From: Malacoraja senta
Lineage: Eukaryota
Assembly: GCA_038087875.1 (NCBI GenBank)
Contig: CM075990.1
Coordinates: forward strand, 17,548,001-17,612,000
Length of the DNA stretch: 64,000 nt
Reading direction: 5' to 3'
Below, in pieces: positions 49,841 to 64,000 of the stretch. The position numbers and the translations under genes are program-made. The notes beneath the pieces were generated by a model. It did not search any database. It saw nothing but the letters and a program-made list of their open reading frames with translations, and was not told the DNA's origin. How positions within the stretch are numbered: position 1 is the stretch's first letter; every line of letters begins with the position of its first letter.

Positions 49841-50125
49841 AGGGCAGCACGGTGGCGCAGCGGTAGAGTTGCTGCTTTACAGCACTTACAGCCCCAGAGA
49901 CCCGGGTTCCATCCCGACTACGGGTGCCTGTCTGTACGGAGTTTGTACGTTCTCCCCGTGACCACCTGGGTTTTCTCCGAGATCTTCGGTTTCCCCCCAC
50001 AATCCAAAGACGCACAGGTTTGTAGGTTCACTGGCTTGGTATAAATGTAAATTGTTCCTAGTGTGTGTAGGATAGTGTTAATGTGCTGGGATCGCTGGCC
50101 TGTTTTCGCTCTGTAACTCTAAAAA
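49841..50125 (+). mobile_element. tRNA-derived V-SINE (HE1-like)
   Basis: A box GGTGGCGCAGCGG, B box GGTTCCATCCC, V-domain GGAGTTTGTACGTTCTCCCCGTG. Confidence 0.85.
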
Positions 50126-50877
50126 ATATACTGCCCTTTGTACTTATGCTTGACTTGATTTTACTAGTGATTTGCTTTGCCTACATAGCATACAAATAAC
50201 TCATTTCACTGTACCTCAGTATGTGACAATAATAAACGAATACTCGTACTAATACATCAAGATAAGAAAACCTGGATGTTATAAACTCAGGACTTCACAA
50301 AGTCTGTCACAGCCAGTGAAGTACATCTGAAGTGTGACACTGTTGTACTTCAAACCAACCCAACAGCCAGTGTGGGCAAGTTGAAGGCTGGAATCCAGAA
50401 TGTGATAATCTGTTTTTGATGATGTAAGGTTGGTGAGAGCACATATTGGTCAGCGTAATACGTTAAAGTCTGAAAGTGGTGCCGTCAACATCTGGTGGAA
50501 GTTAGTGGACAAACATTAAGCTGGCCAAGAAAATAAACTCTGAAGAAGGGTCCCGACCCAAAACGTCACCCATCCATGTTCTCCAGAGATGCTGCTTCAC
50601 CCACTGAGTTACTCCAGCACTCAAAGTCCTTTTTTTTTAATCAACTGGTATCTACAGTTCCTGGTTTCTACAAATAAAATAATTGTTTTGTCAACTTGCA
50701 TGAAACTTGCTTGTCTATTTAATCCAATATCAATCCTGTCCATCTGAATAAGGGCAGGATTTTTAATTTGTTTTCACAGAATGGTATCTCCAAGAATAAG
50801 TAAAAATAACTTTAACACAGCTTCACTTTAAAAAGTACTTAAAACTATAACATTATTTGCAACAAGGACTGATGCTT

Positions 50878-51166
50878 TTTTTAAATATAAATCAAAAATA
50901 TTTATTCAAATATTAAAATAGTATTTACAACACAATAAAACAAAGCAGAACCCACCACCATAGTATAAGACAAACAATTATACGAAGTAAACTACTATAT
51001 TACAATCCTTGCCCGGAAATCCCCCAGGGTGCCTGTGGACAGCGCCTAGTCCCTCTTTAACCCCACCCGGGCGCGGATGTAACCCCGGAAAAGGGGCAGG
51101 CAGCCGGCTCGAGCAGAGCCCTCTTCCGCCTGGCGCCATGACTCGCGGATGGCCAGCTTGGCCAAC
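50878..51166 (-). mobile_element. Tx1-like LINE 3' fragment
   Basis: Translates to LAKLAIRES...CLPLFRGYIRARV; A-tail; 10-bp TSD ACTGATGCTT (50868-50877 and 51167-51176). Confidence 0.75.
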
Positions 51167-51684
51167 ACTGATGCTTGTTGGGTGGGAATGGTGAAAACTA
51201 CAGGATTCTGTACAATTTGTTTCCTCTCCTTTTACAGTCTTGCCTAAATAGAAATCTGACAATACTTTAGTCCCATGATTTTAAACATGTTGGTCTTCTT
51301 CATCTTAAGTGACATAGATATGAAAGGAATGTCATACTCTGCCTCTTAAATCTGCGCATATCTCCGTACTATTCAGAAACAAATAAAATTGCAGAGTAAT
51401 TACACCATGTAAATATTAACGTTAGAGTCACACTGCTCAGAAACAGGCCCTTCGGCCCAACTTGTCCATGTCGGTCTTCCAATCTAGTCCCTTTGCCCAT
51501 TTTTGGCCCATATGCCTCAAAACCTTTCCTACCATGTAGGTCCAAATGTTTTTAAATGCTGTTATAGTACCTTCCTCAACTACATCCTGTGGCAGCTCGT
51601 TCCACAGACCCACCGCCTTTTGTGTGAAAAAGTTGCCCCTCAGGTTGCTATTAAATGTTTCCCCTTCCACCTTCGGTTGAGTTA

Positions 51685-51906
51685 GATACAAAAGCTGGAG
51701 TAACTCAGCAGGACAGGCAGCATCTCTGGAGGGAAGGAATGGGTGATGTTTCGGATTGAGACCCTTCTCAGACAGTCTGAAGAAGGGTCTTGATCGGAAA
51801 CGTCACCCATTCCTTCTCTCCAGAGATGCTGCCTGTCTTGCTGAGTTACTCCAGCTTTTTGTATCTATCTTCGGTTTAAACCAGCATCTGCAGTTCCTCC
51901 CTACAC
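51685..51906. mobile_element. Palindromic (inverted) Penelope terminal-repeat element; similar copies at about 10460-10685 and 24960-25146
   Basis: Two copies of the repeat in inverted orientation joined around cagtctgaag. Confidence 0.7.
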
Positions 51907-52955
51907 ATTTGGTTGAGTTAACTCTGGGTGAAGTTCATATCAATGGTGCACACTTCTCTCTCTTGGATTCCAACAATTCAGCTGCAATATAGTGTCATTT
52001 GATCTTCTGCCAGTGATCAGTGATATTAATTAATCTAGCGTGGTAATGAATGCAGTAATCTGAACCTTCTTGCATGGTCTTCAATGACAAACAACCTGAG
52101 TCCTCTCCAACCTCCTGACTTCTTGCATTTGCACAAAGTTTGCGCTCCGGAAATGTTGGCATTGATTCACTGCTGTGTGTGTGAGACAGAGCGAATGGAA
52201 TCATGCCTGCCTTTAATTCCACTTTATCTAATCCTTGATGGAGCTTTAATTTCACTAACCTAATCCAACAAACATTACTTTAAACATATCTTTGGCAGGA
52301 AAAGACAGGATATTTGTAAAAAACTAAAGTCAATTGCAATCCACTTTCATCTTTGTTGGCTATCAAACACAGTTCAGCCAGGGAGAGAGTTTGCACAGTG
52401 TCCCAACGCTCTCCGCTCCAGAAACGCTCCCTCCGTGTTCAATGATGGTGTACGTCTCCCATCGTGCGTATCAACCTGGTTGGTAGTTGCTGTTACATTG
52501 AGAGTGGAACAATCATCATGAACTATCAATCCACTGAACTGATGGCATCTGAGACAGTCTTTAGTGGGGGTTGTAGCTTGAAAATTCCCTCTCCCATCGG
52601 GCAAGAGGGACAGAAGTGTGAGTACGCACACCTCCAGATTCAGGGACAGTTTCTTCCCAGCTGTTATCAGGCAACTGAATCATCCTACCACAACCAGAGA
52701 GCAGTGCTGAACTACTATCTACCTCATTGATGACCATCGGACTATCCTTGATCGGACTTTGCTGGCTTTACCCAGCCCTAAACGTTATTCCCTTATCATG
52801 TATCTGTACACTGTAAATGGCTCGATTGTAATCACGTATTCTCTTTCTGCTGACTGGTTAGCACGCAACAAAAGCTCGGTACACGTGACAATAAACTAAA
52901 CTGAAAGATGCCTGAATGACCTCAACCTTTCTTCTGATGTCATGTACCTTTGTCC

Positions 52956-53025
52956 TCTTCTTCTTGCGTATGGCGTGCACAGCCTAAAGTTGTAGGACAA
53001 CTTGTTCTGTTTGATCTTATTTGAT
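52956..53025 (-). mobile_element. 5'-truncated copy of the (GAA)n-tailed short element
   Basis: Same 3' sequence as the other copies. Confidence 0.75.
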
Positions 53026-55010
53026 CACTGATTAGACACTGATCTCTTGCTTAATCTCCACCACTGCCAACTGAACCTGTGCAGAACAACCCAGCATTTA
53101 TCTTCCAACATAATGTCCAATAGTTTAGTTTAGTTTATTGTCACGTGTACTGAGGTACAGTGAAAAACATTTTTGTTTTGTGCTATCCAGTCAGCAGAAA
53201 GACTGTACATGATCACAATCAGGTACATCCACAAATACCAGATAAAGGGAATACTGTTTAGTGCAAGATAAATTCCAGTAAAGTCCAATTAAAGATAGTC
53301 CAAGGGTCTCCAATGAGGTAGATGGGAGATCAGGACCACTCTCTAGTTGGTGATAGGATGGTTCAGTTGCCTAATAACAGCAGGGAAGAAATTGTCCCTG
53401 AATCTGGAGTTGGCTCCAATGCAGCTCAATTCAACATCAGGGATAAGTTATAAGCTCACAAATAGGAAATCATTCAAAATAATTGAAACTCACCACTCTG
53501 TACAGTGAGTGTAACCCTCTCAGTGTGATGAGTGCACCTGACTTGTAGCACTTGTGGGAAACTACATGGCGATCAAGATAAACATAGGAGAGAGGCCACT
53601 GATGGCTCGATATTATTAATTTAGTGAAGCAATGGCAGCTTTAACTCACAGTGAAACACAGCAAATGACTTCACTGGTTTTAAACTTGGCAGAGATTCGA
53701 AGAGTGAATTTACAGGATGGCCAGACTGTGGCTGGAGTTGTGTGCTCCCATCAGTCCCTTGTGATGCAGCATGGAGACATCACATGTCCACCTGAGACCA
53801 CAGGGTTCACAGGTCAATAGGTCTATCGTATCATATTCTCATATGTATCTAGCCACAGTGAAATTATTTGTTTCGCAAACAATTCAGTAAATTCATTTGA
53901 TACGAAAGCACAATCAGAAGTAACTAGAAAAGTACAACAATTGTAGTGTAAGAATAGTAGGCTTCACTGAGGCAGTAGACAAAGAGTCGCCATGTTTCCA
54001 GTGTCATTTTGTGCTCTTCAAGGTTTGAGTCCTCAAAAGTACAGAGTCTTATCTTTTCCATAAAGGCCGGTTGTCGTGGCGATGGCACTGGGTTGGAGTA
54101 GCAAGGGTCGGCCTGGCCTGGTGATGTTGACGATGTTCTCCAGCGCTGCGCTGGCGCTCCATGCCGCTGCGGGCCACGTCTGACCCGCACGCTCGGCTGC
54201 TGCAGGGGCATCCAGCTGCAGGGCCTCCAGCTGCCCACTTCACTCCACCCACTCCTTCAACCTCGAACACGCAGTCCTCTCACCTCCCACACCTTCACCA
54301 TGGTTCAGAAATGACCGAGGTTCAGACGCTCTGCCTCCTGGTGAGACCTACTTACAAACTGGACATGATGTTCCCATGTGCACCACTATAATACAGCTAT
54401 TACATTATCAGGTGAAGGGCTTTGCTAAAATATTTCACAGAGGGATTTACTGTGAATGTGTTTGCTAATGTGTTAAAAGCAACTCAAAGAATTGAAATCT
54501 CTTGCCATTTACTGGCAGCCTAAAGTAAATTAATGAAAATATTATTCCCCCACGATAATGTCCGTGGTTTGGGTGGAAGGAATATTAGAGATAGGTTTAG
54601 GTTTCTTGTTGTCATGTGTACTGAGGTACAGTCTGAAGAAGGGTTTTGGCCCGAAGCGTTGCCTATTTCCTTCGCTCCATAGATGCTGCCGCACCTGCTG
54701 AGTTTCTCCAGCACTTTTGTCTACCTCCTGTACTGAGGTACAGCATTGTTGTGCTTGCTATCAATTCAGATCAGATATACCATAAATAAATAGTCAAGTC
54801 AAACTCAAATACAATAGATAGAGCAATAGGGAAGATACAGGGTGCAGAAAATGACAAATGACAAAGTCCAATGTCTGCAATGAGGTAGAGGTGAATCAGA
54901 CAGTGCCCGAGATGATGGAAAGACCATTCAGAAGCCTGATAACAGATGGGGCTGTTCCTGGTGGTGAGCGCTTTCAAGCTTCTGTACCTTCTGCCCTGAA
55001 TCTTCTGCCC

Positions 55011-57047
55011 TTACTACTCCTTGTTACTGCTCCTTGTTACTGCTCCTTGTTACTGCTCCTTGTTACTGCCCCATTACTGCTCTGTTACTGTTCTGTTACT
55101 GTTCTGTTACTGTTCTGTTACTGTTCTGTTACTGTTCTGTTACTGTTCTGTTACTGCGCTCTGTTACTGTTCTGTTACTGTTCTGTTACTGCTCTGTTAC
55201 TGTTCTGTTACTGTTCTGTTACTGTTCTGTTACTGCTCTGTTACTGCTCTCTGTTACTGTTCTGTTACTGTTCTGTTACTGTTCTGTTACTGTTCTGTTA
55301 CTGTTCTGTTACTGCTCTGTTACTGCTCTCTGTTACTGTTCTGTTACTGTTTTGTTACTGTTCTGTTACTGCTCTCTGTTACTGCGCTCTGTTACTGTTC
55401 TGTTACTGTTCTGTTACTGTTCTGTTACTGCTCTGTTACTGCTCTCTGTTACTGTTCTGTTACTGTTCTGTTACTGTTCTGTTACTGCTCTGTTACTGTT
55501 CTGTTACTGCTCTGTTACTGCTCTCTGTTACTGTTCTGTTACTGTTCTGTTACTGTTCTGTTACTGCGCTCTGTTACTGTTCTGTTACTGTTCTGTTACT
55601 GCTCTGTTACTGTTCTGTTACTGTTCTGTTACTGTTCTGTTACTGTTCTGTTACTGCTCTGTTACTGCTCTCTGTTACTGTTCTGTTACTGTTCTGTTAC
55701 TGTTCTGTTACTGTTCTGTTACTGCTCTGTTACTGCTCTGTTACTGCTCTCTGTTACTGTTCTGTTACTGTTCTGTTACTGTTCTGTTACTGTTCTGTTA
55801 CTGTTCTGTTACTGTTCTGTTACTGCTCTGTTACTGCTCTCTGTTACTGTTCTGTTACTGTTCTGTTACTGTTCTGTTACTGTTCTGTTACTGTTCTGTT
55901 ACTGTTCTGTTACTGTTCTGTTACTGTTCTGTTACTGTTCTGTTACTGTTCTGTTACAGTTCTGTTACTGTTCTGTTACTGCGTTCTGTTACTGTTCTGT
56001 TACTGTTCTGTTACTGCTCTGTTACTGCTCTCTGTTACTGTTCTGTTACTGTTCTGTTACTGTTCTGTTACAGTTCTGTTACTGTTCTGTTACTGCGCTC
56101 TGTTACTGTTCTGTTACTGTTCTGTTACTGCTCTGTTACTGTTCTGTTACTGTTCTGTTACTGTTCTGTTACTGTTCTGTTACTGCGCTCTGTTACTGTT
56201 CTGTTACTGTTCTGTTACTGTTCTGTTACTGTTCTGTTACTGTTCTGTTACTGTTCTGTTACTGTTCTGTTACTGTTCTGTTACTGTTCTGTTACTGCTC
56301 TCTGTTACTGTTCTGTTACTGTTCTGTTACTGTTCTGTTACTGTTCTGTTACTGTTCTGTTACTGTTCTGTTACTGCTCTCTGTTACTGTTCTGTTACTG
56401 TTCTGTTACTGTTCTGTTACTGCTCTCTGTTACTGTTCTGTTACTGTTCTGTTACTGTTATGTTACTGTTTTCTGTTACTGTTCTGTTACTGTTCTGTTA
56501 CTGTTCTGTTACTGTTCTGTTACTGTTCTGTTACTGTTCTGTTACTGTTCTGTTACTGTTCTGTTACTGTTCTGTTACTGTTCTGTTACTGCTCTCTGTT
56601 ACTGTTCTGTTACTGTTCTGTTACTGTTCTGTTACTGTTCTGTTACTGTTCTGTTACTGTTCTGTTACTGTTCTGTTACTGTTCTGTTACTGCTCTCTGT
56701 TACTGTTCTGTTACTGTTCTGTTACTGTTCTGTTACTGTTCTGTTACTGTTCTGTTACTGTTCTGTTACTGTTCTGTTACTGTTCTGTTACTGCTCTCTG
56801 TTACTGTTCTGTTACTGTTCTGTTACTGTTCTGTTACTGTTCTGTTACTGTTCTGTTACTGTTCTGTTACTGTTCTGTTACTGCTCTCTGTTACTGTTCT
56901 GTTACTGTTCTGTTACTGTTCTGTTACTGTTCTGTTACTGCTCTCTGTTACTGTTCTGTTACTGTTCTGTTACTGTTCTGTTACTGTTCTGTTACTGCTC
57001 CGTTACTACTCCCTGATACTGCTCCGTTACTGCTCTCTGTTACTGCT
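55011..57047. repeat. 11-bp minisatellite (CTGTTACTGTT)n, about 2 kb
   Basis: Direct observation, with 10-12 bp variants. Confidence 0.97.
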
Positions 57048-57059
57048 GCATTGGCCGCT

Positions 57060-57778
57060 GTTATGGGTTCCACTGTGATTGCTTGGGACTGCTTCAAAGG
57101 TCGAGGCGATTGGCCTTCTACGGAGAGTCTCATCGCCCCCCCCCCCCCCCCAGGGCACTGCCACATGCCCTGCTTCTCTGTCTTACCTGTTTGCGGTCAT
57201 CGGCGGTGAAGCGCGGCGTCGCCGGTAGCGAGGACCGCGCGGCAACGGCGAGAGCGTCGAGCCTATCCACCGGAGCGCCGTACGGATGTTGCGCGGGGGC
57301 CGAGTTAATTCAAACACGGCGGGTCCCATGTGCTTGCGGTAAGTAAAAAAAGGGCGGGCCGACTGCGATGACGTCGGCCCGCCGCACGTGACTCACCAGC
57401 GGTGGCTGTGGCGGCGGCCGTCCTGATCGCGGCGCTGTAGCGGTGGCTGTGCCAGCAGCCGTGCAGCACACGTGCCTCACTGGCGGCGGCACGTGCGTCA
57501 CTGGCGGAGGCTGTGGCAGTGGAGGTTTGACGCACGGCGCTCGAGCCACACTGGCGGCGGCCCGTGCGAGCGGCCGTGCCACACTTGTGCATCACTGGTG
57601 GAGGTTGTGCGGTGAGTATTTAATTTTGGACATTGTCAATTTTATTTTAGCACCGCGCGGTGTTGGGAACACCGCCGCACGGCCCGGGAATTGTACTTTC
57701 TCACGAGTGCGCAGTCTATGGCGGCAGATTCCTCCCGTTTCGCCGCCATAGACCGCAGACTCGTGAGACAGGCCTTTA
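57060..57778. mobile_element. CpG-rich remnant, possibly of a non-autonomous DNA transposon
   Basis: Ends GTGAGACAGGCCTTTA, resembling a Harbinger-type TIR; the partner TIR was not found. Confidence 0.35.
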
Positions 57779-59319
57779 ACATCCGAGAAATACTCACAGC
57801 AACTATGTCCCTCCGCCCAGCTCCACTCTGGCAGCAACTCTTTCCAAGTTAAATGTTATGTAATAAACATCTGAATGTAATAAATTTATCTTGGGAACTG
57901 GCTTCTATAATTACTTCAAACTGAACAGGAACCAATGGAAACAATGAAGCATGGCAGCCGTTCAATAAAGAATGAAAACTGAAAGGCAGCACTGCTCATG
58001 ATCGTGAACAAAATAAGTATTTGTGTGTTTAGCCCTGAGCTACTCTGACACAGAGTTATGCAGACAGTTTGCTGCAGGCTGTTCAACATTGAAGACTTAA
58101 ACTGCAAAACACAAAGTGCTGGAGGAACTCTGCGGGTGAGGCAGCATCATTAGAGGGAATGGACAATGACATTTTGTGTCAGGACCTTTCTTAAGTCTGT
58201 TCATTCCCTCCCCAGATGCTGCCTGACCCGCTGAGTTCTTCCAGCACTTTGTGCATTATATTTCAATCAGACTTGGGAAGACATATTATCGCTTGAGAAA
58301 CACTGACTTTGTTGAGTTTAGAGATTCAGCATGGAAACAAACACTTCAACCGATCGATTATTGTGTGTTGGAATCTTGTGTTTTGCCGAATATTCCAGCA
58401 TCTGCAGTTTCTTGTGTCTCCAAAGGATTAAAGTGCTTGACAAATCTTGGCCAGCTTTCATAATCTGAAGGACTATTTGCCAAGGAATAGGATGCGAAAG
58501 TCACGACAACAATCGCGGTTCTGAATTCACCGCATGATGTCCTTGAGAAAGCGTTCCCCTCTCTGCACTACTCCCAGAATGAAATGGCCAGCAAGACTGA
58601 AGAGACTGAGGTGAACAGAGCCAGTTTAAAACACTGCAAATATCATGGTTGCAAAATATTATCAACTGTAGCCTGACCCCTACTTCCCACTCACAGAACA
58701 AAGTCCTTGGAATGTTTACGAAAGAACTGCAGATGCTGGAACAATCGAAGGTAGACAAAAATGCTGGAGAAACTCAGCAGGTGAGGCAGCATCTGGAGCG
58801 AAGGAATAGGCGATGTTTCGGGTTGAGACCCTTCTTCAGGTCCTTGAATTATTCTGTCCCAGCACACAGGTTGTTCACTATTCCCCAGGTAGAACATAGA
58901 ACCGAAGTGGGCGGCACTTTAAGCCGCTTTGTCGTCACTCGCTGGGCTTTGGAAACCCATCCCTTCATTCCTTCTTTATCACCTTCATCCAAACTCTCTC
59001 TAGGTCCAACCCTGCCCTTCACCTCTCACCTTTAGGTCCTTTGTGGCCTCTGAAGCCTCACACTTTAAATCCTCGCCCTTGTATTTAGATCTCTCCCTGA
59101 ACTTGTCCATTCTGATCTCAGGGATCTCATCAACTGCTGCTGTGAGCCCACCCTGCCCCACCCACGAGGGTGATGGAGTTTCCATGGGCACATCTCGAGA
59201 CAGTTCAATACTCACTGTCCACCCCTCCACTCTGGTCAGTGTTGCTCTAGGCACTGGAGAGATACCACCAATGCTGCCTCTGCCAAGTCCTCAACTCCCC
59301 CACTCAGCCCAGCAGGTCC

Positions 59320-59790
59320 TTCCTATTCACTTCTCCGCCCTCACAACTTTATGCTCTTTTATGTCTCCTCCTCTATGTCTACAAAGCCCTCAATGGGCTT
59401 GCCCCCACCTACATTAAAATTCTTCTCACCCACCACTCCACCTCCAGGTCCCTCAGATCGTCCGACTTGGGGTTACTGAACATCCCGCGGTCTAGGCATA
59501 AGCTCAGGGGCGACCGCGCCTTTGCGGTTGCAGCTCCTAGACAGTGGAACAGCATCCCCCTTCCCATCAGAACTGCCCCCTCCATCGACTCCTTTAAGTC
59601 AAGACTAAAAACTTATCGGTACTCCCAAGCCTTTCTTGACGTCCTCTGAGCGAGGGCTATATGTACTGTATATATGTATGTAGTTTGTTTGTTTATACTA
59701 TGCTTATAACAAATGTAAAGCACTTTGGCCAACGAGACTTGTTTTTTAAATGTGCTATATAAATAAATGTGACTTGACTTGACTTGACTT
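59320..59790 (+). mobile_element. L2-clade LINE 3' fragment
   Basis: GDRAFAVAAPRQWNSIP...FKSRLKTY motif; (GACTT)n tail. Confidence 0.85.
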
Positions 59791-61565
59791 TATTACATTT
59801 CTTCTTGGCTTTCTCAATTCCAGAGAAAACAAGCCCAGCCTGTCAAACCTGTCCTCATGACTGCAGTCCCCAATAAATCTCTGCAGCCTTTCCAGTGTAA
59901 TTCTTCAACAAGGTGAGCGGAACTCAAGAGTCAAGAGTGTTTTATTGTAATACGTCCCAGATAGAACAATGACATTCTTACTTGCTGCAGCACAACAGAA
60001 TGTGACCTTACGAGTGCCGTGTGTAATTGCAGCGTAACCTCCTGGCTCGTGCTATCTGAGGCTCAGTATTGTATGAATGCATTGTGTGTGGCCCTTTCTA
60101 ATCACCTCGTTGACCTGTGGTGTGACCTTCATGGAGCTGTATATATGAACTCCAAAGACATGCCCACACCAACAAAAGCCAACCATTTATTTGGGAGTTT
60201 TCTTGCGAACTTGCACCTCTCCAAATATTAAACTGCATTTAGAAACAAGGAACTGCAGATGCTGGTTTATAGAAAAGACACAAAGTGCTGGAGTAACTCA
60301 GCGGATCAGGCAGCATCTCTGGAGAAAAGGAATAGGTGATGTTTCGGGTCGAGACCCTTCTTCAGACTGAGAGTCAGGGGAGAGAGAAACAAATGATATA
60401 GAACAAATGAATGAAAGATATGCAAAAAGCAAGGATGAACTGTCCATGTTCTGAATCTGCGCCAAGACTGACTTTCTGTTCACTTGCAACCTTGTTAGAA
60501 ACACAGAAACATAGAAAATAGGTGCAGGAGTAGGCCATTCGGCCCTTCGAGCTAGCACCGCCATTCAATATGATCATGGCTGATCATCCAGAATCAGTAC
60601 CCCGTTCCTGCTTTCTCCCCATATCCCTTGATTCCATTGGCCCTAAGATCTAAATCTAACTCTCTGAGGAGGGTTTCGACCCAAAACGTTGCCTATTTCC
60701 TTTGCTCCATAGATTTCCTGCCTCACCCGCTGAGTTTCTCCAGCATTTTTGTCTACCTTCTCCCTTTCCTGCCTTGTTAAAGGTCTCCTCAGTTGCCTGC
60801 AGCCTCCACCCACACACATTACAGGCCTTTATATTTGCCTCTTGATGCAAATATGTTTTAACAACATTGGCTGCGGACTGTTTCACAAACATTTTGGCTG
60901 GAGTTCCTTGCCGGCCCCTGAACCACACTCATAACTGAAATATTTTTAGATTTACGTTTCCCAGCTTATTATTTCAGGTATTATATTTCACAAATTGGTG
61001 CAACAGCTGAATAAGTTTGTTTGCCTGGACTTCATTGATGCACAGCCAAGTCAATGATATACTGTTTCCATTTAGTTTCTAAACTATAGTTTAATATCCT
61101 GCCTGACTGTATATTGATGCTGTCAGCCTGATTATTTAAAGGTAAGGTTTCAATAAAATTAATACTTACCTTCCATCTCAATTGGTTAAGTATAACATTT
61201 GCCATTATCTTGAAATGCCTCTGGGATTTTCCCCACTACATCGCTATCTCTACAACTCTCTCCGTTTGTCCATTTCCAGCCTTTCTCCCCAATCACACCC
61301 TCCCACGCTCCCTCCCTCCTCTCAGAGCAAGAATATGGTTCTCCTTGAATGATAATGGGGAATCTTGAGCATAAAACAGTGCAGGAGGAACTCAGCAGGT
61401 CAGGCGGCATCTGTGGAGGGAATGAAGAGATGGTGTTTCAGGTCAGGATCATTAACATGGAGCAGTGAAAAGTAATGTTTCCATTTCCTTTCTCCACTCA
61501 CCCCCCTCATACCCATCTTCTTGACCCATTACTAACTCACTTGCCTTGCACCAATTTCTCTTTTT

Positions 61566-61988
61566 CTGAAGAAGGGTCTCGACTCAAAACATCACCTATT
61601 CCTTTCCTCCGGAGATGCTGCCTGACCCGCTGAGTTACACCAACACTCTGTGAAACGTCACATATCCATGTTCTCCACAGATGCTGCCTGACCCGCTGAG
61701 TTACTCCAGCACTCTGTGAAACGTCACCTATCCATGTTCTCCACAGATGCTGCCTGACCCGCTGAGTTACTCCAGCACTCTGTGAAATGTCACCTATCCA
61801 TGTTCTCCACAGATGCTGCCTGACCCGCTGAGTTACTCCAGCACTCTGTGAAACGTCACCTATCCATGTTCTCCACAGATGCTGCCTGACCCGCTGAGTT
61901 ACTCCAGCGCTCTGTGAAACGTCACGTATCCATGTTCTCCACAGATGCTGCCTAACCCGCTGAGTTACTCCAGCTTTTTGTGTCTATC
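61566..61988 (+). repeat. 66-bp tandem array (about 5 units plus a hammerhead-type head)
   Basis: Direct observation. Confidence 0.93.
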
Positions 61989-63469
61989 ATCACTTTTCTC
62001 ATTCAGTTTCTACTGCCTTCCACCCTATCACTGACCTTTCTTTCCCTTTATCCTCCCTCCTCACCCACCGTACCACCAACTCTCTCCACACAATGTTCCT
62101 CCATCCTCACTGTCTCCCACAGATAATCAGAATCTTCTCTCCCATTGGCTTCAGACGTACTATCTACCAGTCCATCCAACAAGAGACCACGCTGGAAGTA
62201 TCAACTCAGTCACCATCTGGTGTTTCCCTCCCCACAGATGCTGCTTGACCTGCTGAGATCCTCCAGTATTTCCTGGCACTTGGTTCACATTTCCAGCAAC
62301 TACTGGATTTTTTGCTCCAACTACATTTGTCTACACTAGGCAGCAAATCACATTGAAACAGAGATGTTTTAAGAGGAGCTGATGACCTCTGTGATTCACA
62401 CATGCTCACATCTCCCGCCAGTAATCACTGCCAGTGATGTTTCTCATTACAACTGAACTGAGAACATGTAGCTTTTAAAACATGCCTTTTCCACAGTGAC
62501 TTTCCATAGGTCCAGTGCAGCTTTGGAGATTATGTGTGAATTCATTAAATGGTATTATTTCAGTTTAGCTGCAGCAGTTTCAAACTTAAATGGGAACTGC
62601 AGATGGAATAGTGAACTGCTGGAGATTATGTTAAAGTTCTGCCAGTCCTTCTTATTAGTAAAGCATACTCCCATAATGTCAAGTATTTATTTATGTCTAA
62701 ATTCTGGCGTTTACTCAGGAAGGCAATGTTACTGTAAAGCCCAGCATTTAATGTTCACCTCAAATTGCCGTCAAAGAGTCAAAAGTGTTTCAATGTCGCA
62801 AGCACTGGGACGGGGACAATGTCATTCTCAGGTGGTGTTTCAGGTTGGAATCTTTCCTCAGACTCCTGACCCAAAACATCACCTATTTATTTTCTCCAGA
62901 GATGCTGCCTAACCCACTGAGTTACTCTGGCACTTTGTGTCTATCTTTGGTATAAACCAGCATCTACAGTTCCTTCCTACACAATGACATTCTTGCTTGC
63001 TGCAACATTGCAGGCACATTAAATCAACAACACATCAATATAACAAACAATAATACAATACATTATCTATTCAGATCTCCTACCTGTCTTTTCCAGCTTT
63101 CTCCCCTTTACTACAAGCCGTCTAAAGAAGAGTCCTGACCCAAAAAGTTACCCATCCACTTTCTCCAGAGATGGTGCATGACCCATTGAATTACAAGTAT
63201 TTTGTGTCTATTTTCACATTATCTGTTAAACCAGGTAGGCAGATGATAATATTAGGTGTAAGGTAAAGTATCCACTATATTTGTCATATATTGAACTTTT
63301 TCTTTTTTTCTCTCCCCCCGTTATGTACAATGTTTACATATTCACATATTGTGTTGTGCTGCAGCAAGTAAGAATTTCATTGTCCCATCCGGAACATATG
63401 ACAATAAAACACTTGACTAGTGTAATTTTATACAAAGAGCAGAGTGGATCGTTGATGAAGGAGGATGGA

Positions 63470-63886
63470 CACAGAGTGCTGGAGTAACTCAGTGGGTCAG
63501 GCAGCATCTGTGGAGAACATGGATAGGTGACGTTTCACAGAGTGCTGGAGTAACTCAGCGGGTCAGGCAGCATCTGTGGAGAACATGGATAGGTGACGTT
63601 TCACAGAGTGTTGGAGTAACTCAGCGGGTCAGGCAGCATCTGTGGAGAACATGGATAGGTGACGTTTCACAGAGTGCTGGAGTAACTCAGCAGGTCAGGC
63701 AGCATCTGTGGAGAACATGGATAGGTGACGTTTCACAGAGTGCTGGAGTAACTCAACGGGTCAGGCAGCATCTGTGGAGAACATGGATAGGTGACGTTTC
63801 ACAGAGTGCTGGAGTAACTCAGCAGGTCAGGCAGCATCTGTGGAGAAAAGGAATGAGTGATGTTTCGGGTCGAGACCCTTCTTCAG
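63470..63886 (-). repeat. 66-bp tandem array (about 5.5 units plus a hammerhead-type head)
   Basis: Direct observation. Confidence 0.93.
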
Positions 63887-64000
63887 AGGGAGGGTTGTCA
63901 GTGGTTTGGGTTGTGCAGTGTTCAAGACCCTGGCGGTAGATGAGGAGAAGTTGTTCTTGAACCTGGAGAGGAGCTGCCTCTTTGAACCACTGCCGTCCTC

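Noticed and set aside
49841..49925. tRNA gene
   Set aside because: tRNA-derived SINE head that continues into a V-domain.
54858..57209. Long 660-783 aa ORFs (LLLFCYCSVTV repeats)
   Set aside because: Stop-free by-product of the 11-bp minisatellite, open in three frames.

Overview
Repeat-rich vertebrate genomic DNA, most likely from an elasmobranch (skate or ray), judged from V-SINE/HE1-like SINEs, HER1-type CR1 tails and abundant Penelope-derived repeats; the species is an inference. The one host gene I can support is a 4-exon CXCL12 (SDF-1)-like chemokine on the minus strand (ATG 42641; coding exons 42575-42641, 40177-40293, 37566-37640, 33965-33980). It has an apparent 1-bp frameshift in exon 2 and CXCL12-style alpha/beta C-terminal splicing. 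An intact young Ty3/Gypsy LTR element occupies 16421-21015. The most notable hidden structure is a set of ribozyme-like folds in non-autonomous retroelements: (i) a ~140-bp element whose TSD-defined 5' end coincides with G1 of a compact HDV-like fold, (ii) an RTE-derived element with a second HDV-like fold, and (iii) Penelope-derived minimal hammerhead motifs, with 66-bp tandem arrays at four separate loci. Also present: a non-autonomous Helitron, CR1/L1/Tx1/L2/Rex1 fragments, and micro- and minisatellites. Ribozyme calls come from manual base-pairing only; nothing was computed or searched.
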